In this document: positions 53,291 to 64,000 of the stretch, piece by piece | How positions within the stretch are numbered: the first letter of the stretch is position 1 | How the letters are laid out: each line of letters starts with the position of its first letter | NCBI GenBank assembly: GCA_951406725.2 | Contig: OX597829.1 | Span: forward strand, 22,382,001 to 22,446,000 | Source of the DNA: Octopus vulgaris | Taxonomy: Eukaryota | DNA: 64,000 nucleotides | Direction of reading: 5' to 3' | The notes under the pieces: model-generated | What the model was told of the DNA's origin: nothing | Seen by the model: only the letters and a program-made list of their open reading frames with translations | The model's database searches: none | Made by a program: the position numbers and the translations under genes

Positions 53291-53659
53291 TATTATATCT
53301 AGCAAGTTGATAACTGCTTAGAGGACTTTTCATTGGTTTGTATATTTTGACATCATGATGATGGTGACGATGATGATGATGATGATGATAAGCTCAGTTG
53401 CTATATCATCACCACCATCATCATCATCATGGTTTATCATTAAGACTATAACGGAAATTTCCCAAGTAGTTTGTTACGGCACCCAAGTTCCCTCTAAGTG
53501 TTCACCACACTTGATGCCACTTAACTTTGGTAATTGGACAAGGACTGGGCTCTTAAGTGGATTTCACCAATGCCAGCAGCAGTGATGGTGATGGTGATGA
53601 AGACAATGAGGTTGGTGTGGAGATGGGGACACAAGTCTTTAACATTGCCATGTGAGAGA

Positions 53660-53698
<39 letters not shown>

Positions 53699-54064
53699 GA
53701 AAAAAGAGAGAGAGAAAAAGAGAGCAAAAGAGAGTTCAGTTCTTGACTGCATCAACGTCATTAAATGACAATTGTTTTATTAACCATTAAGGAATAAAAT
53801 GAAGAAATGGTCTTAGAGGAATTAGAACTTAAAAACACATTTTGATAAAACTGAGCATTGTTATGTTTTTTTAAAACTTGGTTACTACTCTTTCTACCAA
53901 TATGATGATAATGATGAAGGTGGTGGAAACTGGTTGTGATGATGAAGGAGGTGAAGACGACAACGACGATGGTGATGATGGTTATGATAACAATGAGGTG
54001 GTGGTGATAAAGATGGTGGCCATAATGATGATGAGGGAAACAGTGATGGTGGTGGTGGTGGTGG

Positions 54065-54096
<32 letters not shown>

Positions 54097-55114
54097 CTGA
54101 TGATCATTCTGATAGTGATATGACAGTTGCCATGTGTGGTTTGAACGTTAAAGAACATTTTATCATCTAGCATATTATATGTTTCTGTCTGTCTGTGCGT
54201 GCGTGTGTATATATCTTCACACCACCCACCACTACCACCACCATCATCATCATGACACAGCCCCCACCCACCCACCCACTTCATTCGGCGAAAGAAACAA
54301 AACAAACAAAAAAAGGAAAAAAAAAAGGGGGGAAAAAAGAAACAGAGAGAAAAAAAAAAGAAAAGAATCTGAACCAACAACAACCGAAAAACAACATTGG
54401 TTGAAAACAGTTGTAGTAGTATATACCTTTAATTAGTTGTAGCAAGATATACCTTTAATAAAATGGAAAAGAGCTGTTTGTTGACAATCTGTAATTCTTG
54501 CTATATCAGCCTCACTATGCAAGTAACATTCCACTAGTATCAAATTTCATTCCTACAAACTGCAATAAATTATAGGGATATATTCTAGAGCTCTCCTTCT
54601 CTTTCTCTCTCTCTCTTACTGTATGCATGTGTGTGTGTACATTAAATTGAATAGGATATCCAAACTAACACAATGAAATTTAAATTTTTATAAAAGAATA
54701 CCATTCAATTTTTCCCCCCACCCCTTGCCTCGATTTTGATTCAGTAGATTACATCAAAAAAAAAAAAAAAGGAAAACAAAAAAAAAAAAAAAATCCTAAT
54801 TACTTTTTAATTTCATTAGCACTGTTAATTTTCTAAAGACCAGGTCTCTTTGGAATATACATCAAATATATCTTCATGGTGCTTCTTCATGTAAAGAGCC
54901 TTGTGGCATAACATGATTAAATATGATTTAATTTCTTATTTGGCAAACTTTATCAGTTTTTTTTTTTTTACAATTCTAAGATAATGTATAATTAAGAGAA
55001 GATAACGATATATATTTCTCACAGCTGGAAATCTAGGTGAGGGAAGTACAAAAAATATCACAAATGCTTACTGGTAATACATACATACACACACACACAC
55101 ATAAATACGTATAT

Positions 55115-55154
<40 letters not shown>

Positions 55155-55475
55155 CACACATACATATGTATAAATACATACATCAAAATATATATATATA
55201 CATATTAAATAATTTACACACATATATATATATATATACATATATACACCTGCATACATTATATATGTATACACATGCATACATGTATATATATATATAT
55301 ATAGATATATATACATATATATATATAAATAAATACATCATACATATATACATATATATATATATACACACACACATACATCTATATATACACATACATC
55401 ATATATATATATATAGACATATATATCTGTGTGTGCATAAGATATATATATATATACATATATATACATACACAC

Positions 55476-55524
<49 letters not shown>

Positions 55525-57827
55525 TACATACATACATACATACACACACACATGTCAAATTGAAGTAAATATGCCTGTTTATTCTATATTTTTTTAATAA
55601 TTTTTAAAAATAAATTTCAGGCTGAAAATTTAAGAACCACCTCCACCCTCCACCTTTCTTTTTCTTTAATTTTTTTCTCTATCATCAAATGAATATTTTA
55701 TTTGGTTATTACATAGCTTCTGGTTGGTCATTATCCAACGGAAATATAATCCAGTTGTGACCATCCAATCACTTATCTGAGTACATTGTAACTAGGATTA
55801 ACATTTGACAAGTCCCTTAACCCCTTGGCGGCAGAGGGGGGGTCTTTGGTGTGCTGCAGCCATACAGCATATCCAGGGCAAGAAAACAAGGTGGAGCCCA
55901 TCCCTCTCCAGGCTAAACTCATTTTTGCCAGCTGAGTGGACTGAAACATGAAATGAAGTGTTTTGCTCAAGAACACAATGGATTTCCCAGTCCAGAGATT
56001 GTAACCACAATCTTACAGTTGTGAGTCCAACACCCTAATCACTAGTCCATATGCTTCCACTACCTAGGTTTACATTAATCAATATGACCCTCTTTTTTTT
56101 TTTTTAGGATTTGCGAAGGTTATTGGAGATAATGTATCAGTGTTGTTGTTTAGCCTCAGATTAGCCCCGATCTGATAGAATTATGTTCAGTGGTGTTCCA
56201 GATGTGCCATCAGATTTTTTAATTATTTTTTTTAGCCTCAATATACTCAGAAATAAACGGTCAAATGTGTTGCTTCTTTAGTAGTTTAACCCCAGGTCAA
56301 CTCTGATTCAGTAGGTCTATGATCACAGGTGTTCAGCCATAAGCCTCTTTTTCCAGGTAGTGCATCTAGGACTACATAAATAACACTTTTTTTTTTGGAA
56401 CAATAGAATGGAAGTTGTGAGAGATTTTGCTGCTATTTCTAGCAGATTTAGTCCTTTATTATATTCTCGTAAAGTTCCAGCATCAAATATATTCTAGCCA
56501 TAACCAAAGTGTTTGTCAGACAAAATGTATCTTGGAATAAAACTTTCACAGTGTTCTTCCATTTTTTTTTTTTTTTGAAGTGATTAGCATGTTTGAGGAA
56601 GATTTAGCAGTTATGTCTTGAAGATCAACCAGCTTCATAGAGGCTGCCCTCATTGGAAATGCAGTCACTGGACTAGCTGTAAATATATTCGGTATGGGCT
56701 GAAAGATTCTGCAAATTCATACATTCATAGAGATGTAACTGCAGTATTATTGCTGCTAGCAATAACCCTAGCAACAGCGGCAACAACAACAACCAGTGTG
56801 TGAGTTAGATTGTTACCTATTTTGTTGTTGTTGTTGTTGTTTTAGCTACCAGGAAAAGCTATATGAAATTTCAGTTTGTTAACAGCTGCTGGCTTGGTGT
56901 ATTCAAAGTATACTAATAGATATTATATCAAGATAAGAAAAAAAAAAAAAATCTACCTTCAACCACGTGTTGCAAAATCCATCCTATATAAATTCTAATG
57001 ACACTGAGAAGTGACACCAAGCTAGCTGATATAGTACTACTGTGACACAGAGCTAGTAGCTTACAATACTACTGCGACACAGCTAGCAGTTAAACTACTA
57101 CTGTGACACAGAGCTACTTAGCAGCGGTTAGTGTGATCTTAAGGTGCATGGCTCAATGGTTAAAGTGTTGGACTCACAATCATGTGATAGTGGGTTTGAT
57201 TTTCAGACCGGGCTGTGTTGTGTTCTTGAGCAAGACACTCAGCCATAGAAATGAGTTTGTAACATCACTGGTGCCAAGCTGTATCAACCTTTGCCTTTTA
57301 CTTGGATAACATCAGTGGCATGTAGAGTGGAGGCTGGTATGCATGGGTGACTGCTGGTCTTCCATAAATGACCTTGCCTGGATTTGTGCCTTGAAAGGGA
57401 ACTTTGTAGGTGCAATCCGATGGTCATTCATGACCGAAAAGGGTCCTTAAGGCATGCCTAGTCTACCCATGTCTTAAGATTGCACTAGGGGCCCAATTCT
57501 AATCTATGTGTGCTGTGCATTACTATAAAAATAAATTACTATAGGACCCAGTACACCTATTTCCACAGGGGGTTGGGGCTACAATGCGGCTAAGACAACC
57601 CTTGGTTACAGTACTACATGTGACACATTGTTACTGTGAGAGAGAACTAGTAGTTAGTTATAATATTAGGAGACACATTGCCAGTAATTATAGTACTATA
57701 ATTACTAACAATACCAGAAATGGACTATTGTGTTAGCCATATGTGTTTTGGGTCCATCTGGCACACACAATTTTTCTCTACTTTGTGTATTTCATTACTG
57801 AATGCATTATGCACACGCATATATATT

Positions 57828-57859
<32 letters not shown>

Positions 57860-57959
57860 GAGAGAGAGAGAGGGAGAGAGAGAGCTTGCTTTGCAACCAT
57901 GTGCTCTTGAGTCGAGTTTCTCTATCTGTGCAGCACCTTGAGCAAGTGTTTTCTACTAC

Positions 57960-58122
57960 AGGCACAGGAGTGGCTGTGTGGTAAGTAGCTTGCTTACCAA
58001 CCACATGGTTCCGGGTTCAGTCCCACTGCATGGCACCTTGGGCAAGTGTCTTCTACTATAGCCTTGGGCTGACCAAAGCCTTGTGAGTGGATTTGGTAGA
58101 CGGAAACTAAAAGAAGGGCGTC

Positions 58123-58190
<68 letters not shown>

Positions 58191-58399
58191 ATGTGTGTGT
58201 ATATGTTTGTCCCCACAACATCGTTCGACAACCGATGATGGTGTGTTTACGTCCCCATAACTTAGCAGTTCGGCAAAAGAGACCGATAGAATAAATACTA
58301 GGCTTCCAAAGAATAAGTCCTGGGGGGGTCGATTTGCTCAACTAAAAGGCGGTGCTCCAGCATGGCCACAGTCAAATAACTGAAACAAGTAAAAGAGTA
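57960..58399 (+). mobile_element. SINE family A copy nested in an older family A copy
   Basis: The older copy breaks at ttctactacag and resumes tacagttctgggtcaac...gtgagtggatttggta after the young copy's tail; tacag is duplicated. Confidence 0.8.
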
Positions 58400-60214
58400 C
58401 AGTTCTGGGTCAACTAAAGCTTTGTGAGTGGATTTGGTAAACATAGTCTGAAAGAAGATTGTTTTGTTTGTGTGTGCTTGTGTGTGTGTGTGTGTGTGCA
58501 TGCATGTATGTGTCTGCCTGTTTGTTAATTTGTTTGTTTGTTTGTTTGCTTCAGTGCATTCTTGTCTTGACATTGTAGATGTAAAGGAGTATCACCAACA
58601 TAAAAAAAAACCGCTGTTCGCTTCCAGTCTTCCACAAAAAAAAACCCAAAAAACAAGTTTGGCTTTGGGGAAATATTACCTCGCTTGGAAACAGGTGAAT
58701 GTTGGTGACAGTAAGGGCATCTGGCCATAGAAAATCAGCCTCAATAAACACTGTTCAACCCACTGAAGCTTGGAAAAGTGGACGTTAAATGATGATGATG
58801 ATGTGACATTATAATTGTTTGATATATATGCACTGGGGTCGATAAAATAAGTACCAATTGAGCAGTGGGGGTCGACGTAATCGACTAGTCTCCTCCCTCG
58901 AAATTGCTGGCTTTGTGCTAAAATTTGAAACCAATATATATGGATACAACAAATAAAAATTGAAATAGAACCTGATACAAAATCATCATTATCACCATTT
59001 TTTTTTTCATGTCCACTGTCCATGCTGGCATAGGTTAGACTTCTTGACTACATCCAACAGGTCGGCAAACTACATCTTACTCCAGTGTCTTAGTTTGGTT
59101 ATGGTTTCAAAGAACTGGAAGTCCTTCTTAACACCAACTGGCAAAATCGTGAAATTGTGGTCGTGGCCAGAGTCTGTGACATGTAAAAGGCACTAGTGCT
59201 AGCGACAGATCAAAGGCACCTGTGCCGGCGACACATAAAAGGCAACTCTGCCACTGACATGTAAAAAGTGAACCCATGCCAGTGTTACGTAAAAGGCACT
59301 TTGAGCCAGTGGCACATAAAGAACACCAAGCACACTGTCAAGTTATTGGTGTTAGGAAGGGCATTCCCCTATAGAAACCAACCATGTCAAATCAGACTGG
59401 AACCTGGTGGAGCTCTCTGGCTTACCAGTTCCAGTTAAACCATCTCAGATCAGGTCACTTGCTATGCAAGTACATCTCCGTAACATCTAACCAATGCCGG
59501 CATGGAAAGCATGGAAAGTTAGATGATGATGATGATTACTGAATGCTTATTTTTAATTTATTTATTTATTAGTTTTTTTTTCTTATGTGGCACAATCACT
59601 AATTAGGCAGACTTGTAACACACAAGCCTAAAGAGCCTCTTCATCCGAGAGGGTCGTTAGGAGATAGGTGTTTGATTTACATGAAGTGCAAGAGAAGTTA
59701 AAGTACGACAGTGGGGTGGATAGCAAGAACAGGTTTACTGTTGTGGAGGAAATTTGTGGCTACTTCATATTTTACCAATGGGTGAGATGGCGATGGGGAG
59801 AGGAAGAGGTAGCTGAAATGGTGCCCTAAACAGAGGTGAATATGGTGGTGATGGTGAGATGCAAGAACATTGCAACATAGTAAACATGTTCAAGAAGGGT
59901 GAAGAGAAAGGAGTGAGAATACAGAAGAATCAGAGAGGTGGGGGTGAATTTCCTAGAGTGGGGTGGGGGCTGGAAAAGTGAGAGATGAGTAGAAGCATGT
60001 AGGGAGGGTGGTGTGTGCAGTGAATGGTGAACTGAGAGGGGTGGAAGTCGTAAATATCAGTTGGGTAATAATGATTAACTTTGACTGGAACTAGAGGAGA
60101 GTGAGTGGTGACTGGCAGTATAGGAATGGCAAAATGGTATATAGCAACAGGTTCTGCTTTTATTAGTTACAATACTAGAATAATTACGGTAGATAGGAGA
60201 ACAATATACTAACA

Positions 60215-60800
60215 TTCATCATCCATACATACTGAGAGAACACACAACATCTTGATGTTCTCTGTTACACTGCATGGCAATCTGGAATACATTTTATACC
60301 GAATTCCCAAGCTGAAGAACACTGACATAATCTCTAACACAATGCTTCTCCCCTTGCTAAGTAAATTATTCAACTTGCTTCCCTTCTAATTACCAGTTAT
60401 TGTTCTATGATGTCCTTCTACTTCTAGTTTTACCAAACCTGTCTCTTCAATATTATGGCCTTGTCTACAATATTGTTGCTACACAACCACATCACAACCA
60501 GTTTGGTCGGAACCTTGCATAAGTCACAGATTTAATCTGCAGCTCTCAGCAGATGGTTTCATAGGAACTTTCAGGTTGTTCTCTACACTGTAAATCTTCT
60601 ACTTCCTCTCCCCCCCACCCACCATTGTCAAATTCTTCAACTAGAACTTCTCTAAATTTCTGACTGTTTACTAGTTCTTTCAGCTTCCATATCTTCCTTT
60701 TCCGAAATAATTTCTGCTATTGAGTCTGCCTAGCTCAAAATCTGCTCACAAGCCGGGTGGACTTCATTATCTCCAGGAAACAGGCTAGACAGGCGGTTGT
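60215..60800 (-). mobile_element. Highly decayed RTE LINE ORF fragment (endonuclease-RT linker)
   Basis: Minus-strand translation pieces CKVP...WLCSNNIVDKAI..KRQVW...RREA..IYLARGEA and NVFQIAMQCNREHQDVV resemble the WW...V..AI..KR..W linker of RTE elements; many stops and frameshifts. Confidence 0.55.
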
Positions 60801-60959
60801 GAATGCAAAGTCTTTCCCTGGTAAAGAATGTACAGAATGAAGAATATATATATATGCAATATGCGTTTATGATTATGTGTGTACATATTTATATTTATGT
60901 ATGTATACATATATATATATATTCATTTATGTCTATACACACAAACACATTAAGTGTAT

Positions 60960-61452
<493 letters not shown>

Positions 61453-61832
61453 TGTTTGGTAAGAAGTTTGCTTTCCAACCACATGGTTCTAAGTAACTCC
61501 CACTGCACAGTACTTTGGGCTAGTGTCTTCTATTATAGCCCAAATCCTTGTTAGTGGATTTGGTAAAGAGAAGCTGGAAGAAATCCAGTGTGTGTGTGTG
61601 TAGAGTCTCTATCTTAACATCATGACCTAAATGTTAACAAATGTCCCCATTGTACAAGCACTGTCAACCATTTGCAATCTTCCACAAAAACATGTCTAGC
61701 CATTGCACCGTTCATGTTCAAATGTTAACTTACTGGGAAACAAGAAAGGATTGGCAACAGAAAGAGCATTCAACCGTAGAAAAATCCGTTTCAACAAATT
61801 TCCACCAATGCAAGTGCAGAAAAGTAGACATT

Positions 61833-61900
<68 letters not shown>

Positions 61901-63135
61901 GATGAGGAGGAGGATATAAAGTTGCACAATCAACCTGGCATAAAACTGTAATATAAACTACACATGAAATCCTGGTGTTCTTAGAGATAAAGAGGAAATG
62001 CCAAAGTAACAGGAGTGGCAACCTGCACGAGAAAGCAGGAAATGCAAGAAATGGAAAAAGAACTCCACCTCAAAAGTAAGAACACACCCAAGAAGAAGGC
62101 TAACGGTAATTATGGGATAAGCTCATCACATCACTGGAACTATATGAGATCTATAGTTCTTCAAACAAATGATGAAGAACTGGTTAGGGTTATTGAACAA
62201 ACTGAAGGATGATGAAGGGAATAGATGAAGAAATAGACCCCGACTTTAAAAACATATGAATGGTCAACTGCTAATGAAAAACCACACTAATAGAATTATG
62301 ATCTTCTTGGTAGTCTTTTGTGTCTAAGAAAGGTGATTCTGTAACTTATTCCTCAGCAACCCGAACAGATGATTTATTTATAGTGATCAAATATTTGTGC
62401 AGTAAATTGACAATACCTGTACAGGTGGATGGTGTGTCACATATCAGGTTATCAAAGTGATCATGGAACAACATGAAACGATGTGTTTTGCTTGAGAACA
62501 TAACGCACTACCTGGTCTTTGATTGGAAAGCACAACACCTTAACCACTAGCCCACACTTCCTCACATGATTGGGCAATAGGAGGTGGGAGATTCTTTGCA
62601 CAGTTTGATGCCAAAGACGCTCACAAGCCCTTCAGGTGCATCAGCTTCAAGGTGTGACAAGGCACGGCAGGTAGTCAATGTCAGCAAGTGCCCTGAACCA
62701 AAGTAGCTGCTGGGTTCTTTTCAAAGTGCTCAATGGGTTATAAATTTATCTAATTATACATTCATATTTTAAATGGTATCAAATTTTCAACATTAACTCA
62801 GTAATACCCTTAATCTTCATTTTTTAAATTTTTTATAGAATTGTTGTGTCCATCTCCATGTTCTGTAATTTGTGTGTAATATCATGACTGGCAGAATCAT
62901 AAGCATTTAATGACATCTTGTCTGTCTTTACATTCTGAGTTCAAATTCTGCTGAGGCCTACTTTGCCTCCCATCCCATCCCATCGGGGTCAATAAAATAA
63001 GTACCAGTTGAACATTGGGGTCGATGTAAGCGACTTACTCCCTCCTCTTAAATTGCTAGCCTTGTACCAAAATTTGAAACTAATATATGAGCCCTTGTGA
63101 CTTATTATTATTATTATTATTATTGGATGCTAAAC

Positions 63136-63166
<31 letters not shown>

Positions 63167-63241
63167 ATTATTATTGTGTAAACCTTTAGTGGTTAATAAA
63201 GAAAACATTATTATAATTACAAAAGTTTTTCTTCAGTTGTT

Positions 63242-63368
<127 letters not shown>

Positions 63369-63882
63369 CATAGGAGTGGCTGTGGGGAAAGAAGCTTGCT
63401 TCCCAAACACATGATTCTGGGTTCAGTTCCACTGTGGCAAGTGTCTTTTACTGTAGCCTCAGGCCAACCAAAGCCTTGTGAGTGGATTTGGTCAACAGAT
63501 ACTGAAAGAAGCCCGTTGTATAATATATATATTCTTTTCAGACATTTGACTACAGCCATGCTGGGGCACTGCCTTTAGTCAAACAAATCAACCCCAGGAC
63601 TTATTCTTTTGTAAGCCTTGTACATATACGTATACGCTTGTGTGTCTGTGTTTGTGCCCCCCCCCCCCCCGCATCACTTGACAACTGATCCTGGTGTGCT
63701 CAGCAAAACAGACCGATAGAATAAGTACTAGGCTTACAAAGAATAAGTCCTGGGTTCGATTTGTTTGACTAAAGGTGGTGCTCTAGCATTGGCTGCAGTC
63801 AAATGACTGAAAAGAATAAAAGAAGATATCATCATCATCATCATCGTTTAACGTCCGCTTTCCATGCTAGCATGGGTTGGAC

Positions 63883-63930
<48 letters not shown>

Positions 63931-64000
63931 TGCTTGAGTTGTCTAAGAGACCATAAGTCAGGGAAAAGATGCACTCGTATAACTGTTAGTAGAGTGGATA

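Overview
AT-rich, microsatellite- and SINE-saturated eukaryotic DNA; the repeat content looks like an octopus/coleoid cephalopod genome (inference). The window lies inside one large minus-strand gene, a Serrate/Jagged-type Notch ligand. Three coding exons splice in frame with canonical AG/GT sites: 44498-44447 (52 nt, C2/MNNL domain), 29731-29477 (255 nt, end of C2 plus the DSL domain) and 16571-16511 (61 nt, start of EGF1). The rest is intron: at least three tRNA-derived SINE families, RTE, R4-like and L1/Tx1-like LINE remnants, two MITEs and simple repeats. Nearly all ORFs in the track are microsatellite or SINE artefacts. The least explained signal is a set of short, sequence-unrelated, often (TA)n-flanked elements that carry type I hammerhead-ribozyme motifs with minimal or palindromic stem III, as seen in Penelope-like elements. 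Several sit inside long inverted repeats, including a perfect 188-bp palindrome with a hammerhead on each strand about 106 nt from a Jagged splice acceptor.
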